Below are positions 18,509-27,788 of a stretch of DNA of 64,000 bases, piece by piece. Within the stretch, counting starts at the first letter, position 1, and every line of letters begins with the position of its first letter. The notes below the pieces were generated by a model. It was not told the origin of the DNA, did no database searches, and saw nothing but the letters and a program-made list of their open reading frames with translations. Position numbers and translations under genes: made by a program. Origin of the DNA: Caenispirillum bisanense (GTDB lineage: Bacteria > Pseudomonadota > Alphaproteobacteria > Rhodospirillales > UBA2165). The DNA lies in the NCBI GenBank assembly GCA_945877815.1, contig CAMDWJ010000016.1:7516-71515 (forward strand), given 5' to 3'.

Positions 18509-19357
18509 TTACATCGACAGGCGAAGTGCCGTCCAACCGACGACGGTGAGCACGCCCGTGATCAGTGCGAGAGGAACCAAGGGGTGGATGTTGTTGAGCG
18601 AGCGGAAAAGATTGCACAGATGTCCCACGGCGATCTGCGGCGGATTGCTCGGGCTTTTCGAATATTCCATCGCCGCTTTCACGACGTAAAACACCGCCGT
18701 ATTTGCCGCGAGCACTGTCTGTCCTAAGAGGCCGCCGTTCCTCGGCGTGATCAGATAGTTGCATTTGATCAGGATGCGCTGCTGATCGTCGGGGTTGTAG
18801 TCGCCGTCGACCCAATGGAGTTCGCGGTGAAAGTCGAGCAATCCGAACTCATAGGTCACAAATGCCTTTTCAACTCCGCTGTCGCGAAACACGACCTTGT
18901 AGGTCGCATCGGACTGAAGATAGATCAGGGCGCGCACCACCGAACCGTAGGAAAGAAATCGAAGATTGCCGTCATAGTGTTTGTCGTAGAGGCCCTGATC
19001 GCCGCCGGAATCCTTGTTGTAGTGGGAAATATAAAGCTCGTCGGTATGCTTCATCGGCGTGATGACATAGCCCGCCGGAAAGTGCCGCAAAATTTGCGCT
19101 CGGATTACGGGACTGTCGCGGAGCAGATCTATCCGATCGATCACATGCTCGGGTAACTTGCGGATATAGACATGTTTCGACGGTCTTTTCGCCAGGTCTT
19201 CGCGAAAGTGACTTTCCACCCACCTGGCGAGCTTGTCGATCGCGGTCCGAGTGGCAGGCTCGTCGAATCTGCCGATTGTGGCCGGGTATAGCCGCGAAAT
19301 TTTGGCTTTTTGGTCTAGCTCGGCACGTTCCTTGCTCAATAGCGCGGTCGAACTCAT
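18509..19357 (-). CDS. putative 2OG-Fe(II)-type oxygenase with C-terminal membrane anchor
   Basis: H-x-D (KHYDG), distal His (DFHRELHW), R..LIK strand, hydrophobic C-terminus. Start MSSTALL (19357) forms an ATGA overlap with the upstream gene. Confidence 0.5.
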   Translation of the reverse strand: MSSTALLSKERAELDQKAKISRLYPATIGRFDEPATRTAIDKLARWVESHFREDLAKRPSKHVYIRKLPEHVIDRIDLLRDSPVIRAQILRHFPAGYVITPMKHTDELYISHYNKDSGGDQGLYDKHYDGNLRFLSYGSVVRALIYLQSDATYKVVFRDSGVEKAFVTYEFGLLDFHRELHWVDGDYNPDDQQRILIKCNYLITPRNGGLLGQTVLAANTAVFYVVKAAMEYSKSPSNPPQIAVGHLCNLFRSLNNIHPLVPLALITGVLTVVGWTALRLSM

Positions 19358-20217
19358 GGAACACTCCTTACGATGATGTCGCCTCGCTCGGATGGGCCGA
19401 GCGACCGAACTGAATATTGCGAATACAGGATGCAGGCATAAACAAAACAAATCGCGCCGAGCGAGGCCCCGAGCAATATATCGACAGCTCCCGTTCCCGT
19501 ATTTGCAGTTATCCCAGCGATGGCCGCGCCAAGCGCCGCCCCCGCTACGCCCATGAAGCAGATGATCATGATCCGTGCATGTTGTTCATTGCCGTCGGAT
19601 CGGCTTAGCGGGTTGCGGCTCGCGTTGTGACGAGTGGATGCGACGGCGGTTTCCATAATCAAGAGCCCGATATTCAGCGCGATATGCGTACAAGCCAGCG
19701 GCCACCATTGCTCGCGAAATTCGGCATTGATCATGGTGCCGCCAAAGGCCGCGATATTTCCGATCAGCATCGGATGCGGGGTCACCGAATAGGGAAACGT
19801 TGTGACTTTGAGGAGCGGAAGATCGATCAATTCATAACCGTAATAGGTGCGATCCGATCCAAGTACATTCGCTGCGCTGATGTTCAGCAAGAAGCCGAAG
19901 GCAATGAAACCCAACGACGCCAGATCGGGAGTGGTTGCGAGATAGATTGACGACAAGGCCGCGAGCGAAACCGCCTTCATCGCGATGGCGTCACGCTTGA
20001 ATATGTCGAGCGGAACCGCGCCGAAGACATAGGCAAGTACGTACATATAATAGTGCCAAAAACTGAGCACGTAGACAGACACCTGCCAATTTCGTGCGAG
20101 ACACGCGCAGCACAAGACGGCCAAGACAAACAGGGCGCTCGAAGATGTCGATGCATTGCGCCTGGCGAACGCACCCAATTGATCAGCACTCGACCGTGAG
20201 AGGGGTGCGGGCTTCAT
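19354..20217 (-). CDS. PEMT/PEM2-family membrane phospholipid methyltransferase-like protein
   Basis: Multi-TM protein with LGSDRTYYG...VTTFPYSVTPHPMLIGN, the PEMT-family YYG/FP/HPM signature. Confidence 0.72.
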   Translation of the reverse strand: MKPAPLSRSSADQLGAFARRNASTSSSALFVLAVLCCACLARNWQVSVYVLSFWHYYMYVLAYVFGAVPLDIFKRDAIAMKAVSLAALSSIYLATTPDLASLGFIAFGFLLNISAANVLGSDRTYYGYELIDLPLLKVTTFPYSVTPHPMLIGNIAAFGGTMINAEFREQWWPLACTHIALNIGLLIMETAVASTRHNASRNPLSRSDGNEQHARIMIICFMGVAGAALGAAIAGITANTGTGAVDILLGASLGAICFVYACILYSQYSVRSLGPSERGDIIVRSVP

Positions 20218-20486
20218 GCGTGCGGCGCGTCATGAATTGAAGCCTGGGTTTCATCTGCAATCCTCGACGCGAGACGGACAAACGCGGTCGAAATACTCAC
20301 TTCCAACCTATTAGGTCTCGAATATGTAAGTTTCGTGAGCGTTGGATTACGATTTTATGTCGTGCCTTTTGTCGGTTGATTCGAGCGGGCAAAAATCAAA
20401 TCCATGACGTAAACTAACCATGACTTTGCTTAAAAAAACCATCATGTGTTTATATAGGCAATCGAACGATCAAGGATGGAACGACA

Positions 20487-21407
20487 ATGACGGCTAACGA
20501 CTCGGAACTAAACGATACAAGCTGGGTCGAGGCGGAGTTGCAGGACGACTTCGACGAGGAGTTGGAGTTGGAGCTTGACGACGAGCGCATCTCCGAAGAG
20601 ATGCGCGCGATTACGGGCGTTCGGCGGACCTCGTCATTGGAACGGCGCACCTATTTCCGCGAGCTGTTCCGTCTGCAAACGGAGTTGATCCGGCTGCAAG
20701 ACTGGGTCGCGCATACGCGCCAGAAAGTGGTGGTGCTTTTTGAGGGGCGCGATGCGGCCGGTAAGGGCGGCGCCATCAAGCGTATCACGCAACGACTTAA
20801 CCCCCGACTTTGCCGCGTCGTCGCGTTGCCGGCACCCACCGACCGCGAAAAGACGCAATGGTATTTTCAGCGCTATGTCCCGCATCTGCCGGCGGCCGGC
20901 GAAATCGTTTTGTTCGACCGCTCGTGGTACAACCGAGCCGGGGTCGAGCGGGTCATGGGTTTCGCGACGCCCGACGAGGTGGAGCAGTTCTTTAACGACG
21001 TTCCCGAATTCGAGCGGATGCTCGTTCGGTCGGGCATCAAGGTTATCAAATACTGGTTCTCGATCACCGATCAGGAACAGCAGCTTCGCTTTTTGATGCG
21101 AATCCACGATCCGGTGAAGCAGTGGAAACTCAGCCCCATGGACCTGCAATCGCGCGTGCGCTGGGAGTACTACACCAAGGTTAAGGAGGAAATGCTGGAG
21201 CGCACGAATATCCCCGAATCTCCGTGGTATATCGTCGAGGGTAACGATAAGAAACGAGCGCGTCTCAACTGCATCCATCACTTATTGCAGAAAATCCCCT
21301 ACGAGGAAGTGCCCCACGAACCGATACCTTTGCCCGAGCGGGTGTTCAATCCGGATTATGAGCGCAAGGTGATTGCGCCCGAGCTGTACGTCCCGGATGT
21401 TTATTGA
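20487..21407 (+). CDS. ppk2: polyphosphate kinase 2
   Basis: FEGRDAAGKGG Walker A, LFDRSWYNRAGVE, WKLSPMD, GNDKKRARLN. Confidence 0.95.
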   Translation: MTANDSELNDTSWVEAELQDDFDEELELELDDERISEEMRAITGVRRTSSLERRTYFRELFRLQTELIRLQDWVAHTRQKVVVLFEGRDAAGKGGAIKRITQRLNPRLCRVVALPAPTDREKTQWYFQRYVPHLPAAGEIVLFDRSWYNRAGVERVMGFATPDEVEQFFNDVPEFERMLVRSGIKVIKYWFSITDQEQQLRFLMRIHDPVKQWKLSPMDLQSRVRWEYYTKVKEEMLERTNIPESPWYIVEGNDKKRARLNCIHHLLQKIPYEEVPHEPIPLPERVFNPDYERKVIAPELYVPDVY

Positions 21408-21424
21408 GCGATAGTTCTGTCGGC

Positions 21425-22576
21425 TCAGTAACGTATCAGCGCCATCACCACTTCGACAACGATCAGCACGACGATTGCGATTTCGAGCAGTTCGGCGCGT
21501 GCCCCGGCCGCTTCCTCGTAGAGCGCCGTGTAGGTTTCGCGAATGATCGCGAGCTTGCGATTGACCGCCGCCGTTACGCTCGCCACGCGGAACTGATCGA
21601 GCGCCGCGGCATAGACACGGGCGAGGTAGACGTCCTCGGTGACCTGTAACGCATTGTCCACCCGTTCGGTCAATTCGGTGACTTCGGCGACCAGCCCGTA
21701 GAGCCGGCGCGCGAGCCCGGCATAGCGGCGGGACCGCAGCAGGTTCAACCCGCTGCGCGCGGCGGTAACATGGGCGTACATGCGCGGTAACTCGGCATCC
21801 AGTAACTCGTCGTAGTAGCGCATCTCCATCAGCTGGGCGTTGGCGACCTCGATCACGTCGGCGACATCCGAATCGCCGCGTGGCTCGTAGATAAAAGCGC
21901 GATCCCACGTGAGGACCACAAGATCGTCCTCGTAATAGGAGAACCTATGGTGCAGCAAATCGGCTCGGGCGGTTGGCGACAATTGGCGCCGTTCGCCAGA
22001 CAGTAGGGCTGCGAGGTCGGCGCGTCCCATCAATTCTTCTGCGCTCGGTTGGCCGTTGAAGCTGTTGACGACCCCTATCAGATAGTCTTCGTCGAGTTGA
22101 ACCGTGGATGGACGCACCAGCGCAGCCGAGAGGACGCGGGTGACGCGGGTGAGGGCTAAATCCCATAGTTCGGCAGATCCCGCTTCGGGGCCGACCGCGC
22201 GATCGACCGCGTTCATTCTGCCCGCGAATTCTGGCCAGGTCAGTCCACCGGCCGGCACCTTCATCGACAGCGTGATCGCGCCGAAATCGTACATCCGTGC
22301 GGTCATGGTCGCTTCGATCCGCACCTCGCCAATCGTCAGGGTAACGGGATCGAGCGGGATACTCAGCGGCGGTACGCCGAACGCGACCGCCTTGGGCGGT
22401 GTTGCGGATAGCTGCCGCCGCTGCGCACCGCCGACCGGCTGTCGGGCGGCATGCTCGTGCCACAATGCCTCGGCCTGCGCCAGGTCAATCGAGTCGGCGA
22501 CATCGACCAGCCGAAGGGCCAATACATAGCCTGCGGTGACCCCGGGCGCGCATGACTCGGCAATGGATTCGGTCAT
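21425..22576 (-). CDS. conserved hypothetical protein, DUF155/RMD1-like with one C-terminal TM helix
   Basis: YYEDDLVVLTWDRAFIYEP, ANAQLMEMRYYD, long helical region, terminal LEIAIVVLIVVEVV. Confidence 0.5.
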   Translation of the reverse strand: MTESIAESCAPGVTAGYVLALRLVDVADSIDLAQAEALWHEHAARQPVGGAQRRQLSATPPKAVAFGVPPLSIPLDPVTLTIGEVRIEATMTARMYDFGAITLSMKVPAGGLTWPEFAGRMNAVDRAVGPEAGSAELWDLALTRVTRVLSAALVRPSTVQLDEDYLIGVVNSFNGQPSAEELMGRADLAALLSGERRQLSPTARADLLHHRFSYYEDDLVVLTWDRAFIYEPRGDSDVADVIEVANAQLMEMRYYDELLDAELPRMYAHVTAARSGLNLLRSRRYAGLARRLYGLVAEVTELTERVDNALQVTEDVYLARVYAAALDQFRVASVTAAVNRKLAIIRETYTALYEEAAGARAELLEIAIVVLIVVEVVMALIRY

Positions 22577-22716
22577 AAATATTCTCCCGTGGGCAATTTA
22601 GCACGCCGGATCCGTTGGCGGCACTGTTCGCGGAGTCATTCTGTCACGATTGCATAACCGGCGTGTCATACGCCCCGACTAAGAGTCGTCTGTTCGCAAT
22701 CCGAGGAGATGACAAT

Positions 22717-24075
22717 ATGCTTAGCTACGCACGTCTTGCCAGTGTCAGCATTGCCGCGATGCTGGCCATTGCGCCGGCCGCATTGGCGCAACAGGAATTC
22801 CCGGCCACACTGGTCGGACATGCCGTATTGCCGGCGGAAAGCTTCGTTGCGGCCCCGGCCGACGCCCCCGCCGATCTCAAGATCTCAAGCAAATACACGA
22901 CCGGCAAGCGGGTCGACGCGCTGGGCACCGTGATGGGTAAATCCGGCGAGCGCGACACTGGCGTCAAGTTGCCGTTCCAGGGCCAACCACGCCAGGGCCA
23001 TTCCGGCATCAAGACCATGCCCGACGGCACCTTCTGGGTGCTCACCGACAACGGTTCCGGCGCCAAGGCGAATTCGCCGGATTCGATGCTCTATCTCAAC
23101 CGCTACCGGATCGATTGGGCGGCCGGCACTTGGGTGCCGCTCGAGACCATTTTCCTGCACGATCCCGACCGCAAGGTGCCGTTCCGTATCGTCCACGAAG
23201 GAACCGACAAGCGTTATCTCACCGGCTCCGATTTCGATACTGAAGGCTTCCAGATTATCGGCGATACCCTGTGGATCGGCGACGAGTTCGGTCCTTACGT
23301 GCTCAAGGCCGACCGCGCCGGAAAAATTTTGGCGGTCTTTGAGACGCTGGCCGACGGCAAACCGGTTCGCTCGCCCGAGCATTGGCAGGTCCAATCGCCG
23401 GCGGTGCCGGGCGCCGCCTATACCAACGTCAATCTACGTCGGTCCAAGGGCTATGAAGGATTCGCGGCCTCGAAGGACGGGAAGTTTCTCTATGGTCTGC
23501 TCGAGGGTCCGCTATGGGACGCCGAGAAAAAGGATTGGGAAAAGGTCGACGGCAAGGAAGCCGCGCGCATTCTGGAATTCGACGTGGGGGCGGAAAGGTG
23601 GACCGGCCGCTTTTGGTTCTATGCCTTCGAGGAGAACGGGAACGCCATCGGCGATTTCAACATGATCGACGGGGCGACCGGCCTGATCATCGAGCGCGAC
23701 AATGGCGAGGGTACGTCCGACAAGGCCTGCGCGCCCGGCGCGCCCGTTACCGGGTGTTTTTCCAACCTTGCCAAGTTCAAGCGCGTCTACAAGATCGAGC
23801 TGAGCGACGCCACCCTCGGCAAGCCGGCGCGCAAGATCGCCTTTATCGATCTGATGAAGATCAAGGATCCGAACAACAAGTCGCGCAAGCCGCTGACCGA
23901 CGGCGTTTTGACCTTTCCGTTCTTCACCATCGAGAACGTCGATGCGATCGATGAGAGGCATATCGTCGTCGGGAACGACAACAACCTGCCGTTCTCGACC
24001 AGTCGCGAGCCGAACAAAGCCGACGATAACGAGTTGGTGTGGCTGGAGGTCGAGGGATTCCTGAAGGCGAAATAG
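22717..24075 (+). CDS. esterase-like activity of phytase family protein (secreted beta-propeller)
   Basis: Signal peptide ending ALA-QQ; GHSGI, WVLTDNG, FDTEG, IGDEFGPY, SKGYEG, VGNDNNLP; RBS GAGGAG before ATG 22717. Confidence 0.85.
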   Translation: MLSYARLASVSIAAMLAIAPAALAQQEFPATLVGHAVLPAESFVAAPADAPADLKISSKYTTGKRVDALGTVMGKSGERDTGVKLPFQGQPRQGHSGIKTMPDGTFWVLTDNGSGAKANSPDSMLYLNRYRIDWAAGTWVPLETIFLHDPDRKVPFRIVHEGTDKRYLTGSDFDTEGFQIIGDTLWIGDEFGPYVLKADRAGKILAVFETLADGKPVRSPEHWQVQSPAVPGAAYTNVNLRRSKGYEGFAASKDGKFLYGLLEGPLWDAEKKDWEKVDGKEAARILEFDVGAERWTGRFWFYAFEENGNAIGDFNMIDGATGLIIERDNGEGTSDKACAPGAPVTGCFSNLAKFKRVYKIELSDATLGKPARKIAFIDLMKIKDPNNKSRKPLTDGVLTFPFFTIENVDAIDERHIVVGNDNNLPFSTSREPNKADDNELVWLEVEGFLKAK

Positions 24076-24083
24076 CGATTTCT

Positions 24084-24118
24084 CTGGTCCCGGGGCGTTT
24101 CGACGCTCCGGAGACCGG
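24084..24118. other. GC-rich stem-loop just after the phytase-like gene (no U-tract)
   Basis: CCGGGGCGT-TTCG-ACGCTCCGG, extended by GGTC/GACC. Confidence 0.55.
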
Positions 24119-24381
24119 ACGAGGCCAAAACTACCTATTGCGGTTTAATACGCGAATGCCACAATATATTCACAAGATTCGGCTAGCTTAGACTTCAGTT
24201 GCCACATCAGTAGCGTGCCAATGAATAAAGTTGTCGCACCCCGCGCCTTGTACCGTCGCCGCCGGCGTTGCCCAGCTTTGAGCCCCTACTTCCCCACGCT
24301 AGACAACCTCGATCGGCTGCGGAGCATCATCGTCATGCTCGCTGGCTAGCCGCGCTCATTTGACGTGTTTTAACAAAGGAG

Positions 24382-25146
24382 ATGACCTTGTCACATCAGG
24401 CCAACCGGATGAGTAAGCATTCCAACTCCAAGAAAAAACGTCGCAACGCGAGCATGTCTTCCACCGCCGAGGTGATCGATTTCAAGGGGCCGAAATTCGA
24501 GGCCGAGCGCGAATTGCCCCCGATCTCCGCATTGAACCCGAAACAGGCCGAATATCTCCAAGCCCTGCGCACCAGCGACCAGGTGATCGTGTTGGGCCCG
24601 GCAGGCACCGGCAAAACCTGGATTGCCGCTACCTACGCGGCCGATCTCTACCGCAAGCGCCGTATCGAACGCATCGTGCTCACCCGGCCCAACGTGCCGT
24701 GCGGCCGCTCGCTCGGCTTCTTCCCGGGCGCCCTGGAGGAGAAATTCGCCCCCTGGGTGGTCCCCGTGGCCGACGCCATCAAGGATCGCATCGGCACCGC
24801 CGCCTACGATATCGCCGTCAAGCGCGGCGATATCGAGATGGTGCCTTTCGAGGTGATGCGCGGGCGTAGCTGGAAAAACGCCTTCGTTCTGTTGGACGAG
24901 GCGCAGAACACCACGCCTGCTGAGATCAAGACCTTCCTCACACGCGTCGGCGAGGATTGCGCCGTGGTGATCAACGGCGACGTGGCGCAAAGCGATCTCG
25001 GCGAAAACTCGGGTCTGACCACGGTGCTGAACTTGATCCGCCACAAGGGGCTGCCCGTGCCAGTGGTCGAGTTCGGCATGGATGACATCGTGCGCTCCGG
25101 GATGTGTGCCATGTGGGTGCGGGCCTTCGCCGAAGCCCGGGTCTGA
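24382..25146 (+). CDS. PhoH family ATPase (short type)
   Basis: Walker A GPAGTGKT, LTRP, MRGRSW, Walker B VLLDEAQN, NGDVAQSD; start uncertain. Confidence 0.9.
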   Translation: MTLSHQANRMSKHSNSKKKRRNASMSSTAEVIDFKGPKFEAERELPPISALNPKQAEYLQALRTSDQVIVLGPAGTGKTWIAATYAADLYRKRRIERIVLTRPNVPCGRSLGFFPGALEEKFAPWVVPVADAIKDRIGTAAYDIAVKRGDIEMVPFEVMRGRSWKNAFVLLDEAQNTTPAEIKTFLTRVGEDCAVVINGDVAQSDLGENSGLTTVLNLIRHKGLPVPVVEFGMDDIVRSGMCAMWVRAFAEARV

Positions 25147-25243
25147 AGGGCATGGGTTTAAACCGAGGGCGCTGCTAAATGGGATGAATTTCCCCGTGCG
25201 CTGGATTAATGTCCCGACGGCAGACGGCGGGCGGGGAAATCCC

Positions 25244-26230
25244 ATGAACGGAACGATGATGAGCGGCGTGGTGACCTGCGCTATGTACGGCCAGGGCAAG
25301 CGCCTGGCCGACGTCCCGTTCGAACATTGCGCCAAGCAGGATTGTGCCGAAGGCCAGTTTCTCTGGATCAGTCTGTACGAGCCGGAGGAGGAGTTGCTGC
25401 GGATCGCCCAGCAGCATTTTGGCCTGCACGATCTCGCGATCGAGGATGCGCACAACGCCCATCAGCGCCCCAAGGTCGAACTCTACGGCGACTCCCTGTT
25501 CATGGTGCTGCGCACCGCGCAATTGCGGGACGAAGAGATCGCTTATGGCGAGACGCATATTTTTGCCGGCAAGGGCTATCTCATTTCGGTACGCCATGGG
25601 GGGTCGCTGACCTACACCGATGCGCGCAAGCGGCTGGAGCTTAAGCCGGAGTTGCTGCAACTGGGCGAGCAAGCCGCGCTCCATGCCATTCTCGATTACG
25701 TCGCCGATAATTTCTTCCCGGTCATCGACGAGATCGCGCGCGAGCTGACCGAGATCGAATCTCATGTCCTCGATGCGACTCTCGATCGTGCCGTCATCGC
25801 GCGCATTTATCACTTGCGTCAGCAACTGCTCGGCATGCGCAACGCTGTCTCGCCGCTGCTGGAGGTATGCTCCAAGCTAGAGCGGCTGCAATGCCCGGTG
25901 CTGACGCCGGCGATCCAGCCCTATATCCGCGACGTGCACGACCACGTGATGCATGTCGCCGAAGCCATCGACAGCCTGCGCGCCGGCCTCGCCGCCGCCT
26001 TCGAGACGGAAATGCTGCTCGCCAGCTCGCGCCAGAATGATATAGTGCGCCAGCTCGCCGCCTGGGCGGCCATATTGGCCGTGCCGACCGCGATCGCCGG
26101 AATCTATGGGATGAACTTCGACCATATGCCGGAACTGAAGTGGGAGTGGGGATATTTCGCCGTGCTCGGCACCATTGGCACCGTATGCAGCTTTTTGTTC
26201 TGGAAGTTCAAGCGTACCGGCTGGCTGTAG
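25244..26230 (+). CDS. corA: CorA-family Mg2+/Co2+ transporter
   Basis: LHDLAIEDA..HQRPKVE, GIYGMNFDHMPEL, two C-terminal TMs; start approximate. Confidence 0.9.
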   Translation: MNGTMMSGVVTCAMYGQGKRLADVPFEHCAKQDCAEGQFLWISLYEPEEELLRIAQQHFGLHDLAIEDAHNAHQRPKVELYGDSLFMVLRTAQLRDEEIAYGETHIFAGKGYLISVRHGGSLTYTDARKRLELKPELLQLGEQAALHAILDYVADNFFPVIDEIARELTEIESHVLDATLDRAVIARIYHLRQQLLGMRNAVSPLLEVCSKLERLQCPVLTPAIQPYIRDVHDHVMHVAEAIDSLRAGLAAAFETEMLLASSRQNDIVRQLAAWAAILAVPTAIAGIYGMNFDHMPELKWEWGYFAVLGTIGTVCSFLFWKFKRTGWL

Positions 26231-26351
26231 AGCCGGAGGTTCGTGCGTCTCGAATCTGATGGGAGACCGACAAGGCGGGCGGGCGGTGTGGGGGGGATAA
26301 CAATTAGCGCCCGACGGTCGCGCGCGATCGATCGGGCAGGGGGAGCGCTCG

Positions 26352-27449
26352 TTGATTAGGATTGCGATAACGCCACGGCTGCTGGCGTTTGGGGATTGCG
26401 CGGTCGCGACGATTGGTCTTCTGGCGATCATAGTCGCGACGAGCAAAATGATCGCTGTGGATTGGGCGGGGCTGATCGGCGTCATCGTTTGGATCGCGAC
26501 GGTTCTGTTCGCGATGGAAATAATTTTGCGCGCCAAATTCGTTCGTGTCACGGGCGTGCCGCGGATGATGGGTTGGGTTCGCGCCGTGAACGGTTATCTT
26601 CGCACACCCGCGGGGTTGATCAATATGATAGCCGTGCTGGCGATTCCGATCCCAACATTGGCCGGCTTGAGCGACCAGTCCGCGCGTCTATTCGGTCTTT
26701 TCTGGGTATTGAAGTACGCGCGATATTCGGCCGGCCTTGTGCTGCTCGGTCGCGTGTTGCGCAACGCTGCCGATTCCTTGTTATCGGTTATGCTCGGATT
26801 TTTGATCGTTTTGATCGCGGCCGCGAACGCTATGTATCTTTTGGAAGGCGAAAGCCAACCGGACCAGTTCGGCAGTATCCCTCTGGCGATGTGGTGGGCG
26901 ATCGTGACGCTGACGACCACCGGCTACGGCGATGTGACCCCGCTGACCGTGCTCGGCCGTCTGCTGGGCGGGATCGTCATGGTTTGCGGCATTGCCATGT
27001 TCGGGCTCATGGCCGGTATCTTGGCATCGGGCTTTGCGGACGAGCTTCGCCGGCGAGAATTTCTTCAGACCTGGGATCTGGTTGCGCGCGTGCCGTTTTT
27101 TCATGACCTGGGTGCCGATAAAATCGCGGCCGTTGCAAGATTGCTCAAGCGCCGCGAGATGTCTGCGGGCCAAGTTGTCATGCGCAGAGGCCAGTCCGGG
27201 GACGCCATGTATTTCGTGGTGGAGGGGGAAGTTGAGGTCGATCTGGTCTCGGGGCCGGTGAGGCTCGCACACGGGCAGTTCTTCGGCGAAATGGCCCTCA
27301 TCACGGGAGAACCGCGCAGTGTGACTGTGACGGCCAAGGAACCGTGCTTGCTCCTAGAGCTTGATGTCGCCGATTTCAGGCAATTGGCCGGTGACTCACC
27401 GGAATTGCTCCGCGCTATTGCCGACGAGGCCGGGAGACGACGCAGCTAG
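26352..27449 (+). CDS. cyclic nucleotide-binding potassium channel
   Basis: 6-TM layout, selectivity filter TTTGYGD, CNB domain (GDAMYFVVEG, FFGEMALI..PRS). Confidence 0.9.
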   Translation: MIRIAITPRLLAFGDCAVATIGLLAIIVATSKMIAVDWAGLIGVIVWIATVLFAMEIILRAKFVRVTGVPRMMGWVRAVNGYLRTPAGLINMIAVLAIPIPTLAGLSDQSARLFGLFWVLKYARYSAGLVLLGRVLRNAADSLLSVMLGFLIVLIAAANAMYLLEGESQPDQFGSIPLAMWWAIVTLTTTGYGDVTPLTVLGRLLGGIVMVCGIAMFGLMAGILASGFADELRRREFLQTWDLVARVPFFHDLGADKIAAVARLLKRREMSAGQVVMRRGQSGDAMYFVVEGEVEVDLVSGPVRLAHGQFFGEMALITGEPRSVTVTAKEPCLLLELDVADFRQLAGDSPELLRAIADEAGRRRS

Positions 27450-27535
27450 AAGACGAGTTCGTCTTCCTCGCCGCCGCCCGAGATAACGATCTCGCCTGAA
27501 TCGGCCAGCGTCTTGGCGGTGGCCACGACACCGGC
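27446..27535 (-). pseudogene. fliG: 3-prime relic (about 30 codons) of flagellar motor switch protein FliG
   Basis: An unlisted frame reads AGVVATAKTLADSGEIVISGGGEEDELVF*, which I recognise as the alphaproteobacterial FliG C-terminus. No start or upstream part is present. Confidence 0.65.
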
Positions 27536-27788
27536 CGCCCTCGGGTGCCGTATAGATGTTCTGGGTGCTGGGCCACGCGTTGTATGTGGTGCAGAACATC
27601 TCAGCCTTGCGGGTCGAGTCGATCAATCCCTGATCGTTGATATACGAATAAGTGATGCTCGGCTTGGACTGGGATACGGCCACAGGCTCACGGTTCTGTA
27701 CGGCGCAGGCGGCAAGCCCGGCGGCCGAGACGATGACCAGGGCGGCTTTAAATCCGGTACGGGCGATAAGTGATTTGACCTTGCTCAT
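27536..27788 (-). pseudogene. small lipoprotein, apparently truncated and fused out of frame to the fliG tail
   Basis: Signal peptide with lipobox LAAC; after YTAPEGG the ORF runs on as Arg-rich junk to 27396, overlapping the channel gene. Confidence 0.6.

Noticed and set aside
22641-22669. PHO box upstream of the phytase-like gene
   Set aside because: CTGTCAC and GTGTCAT are 22 bp apart with no matching half-site at the 11-bp position; too weak to call.
27396-27535. Arg-rich C-terminal domain of the 130-aa lipoprotein ORF
   Set aside because: It is an out-of-frame reading of the fliG tail and overlaps the convergent channel gene.
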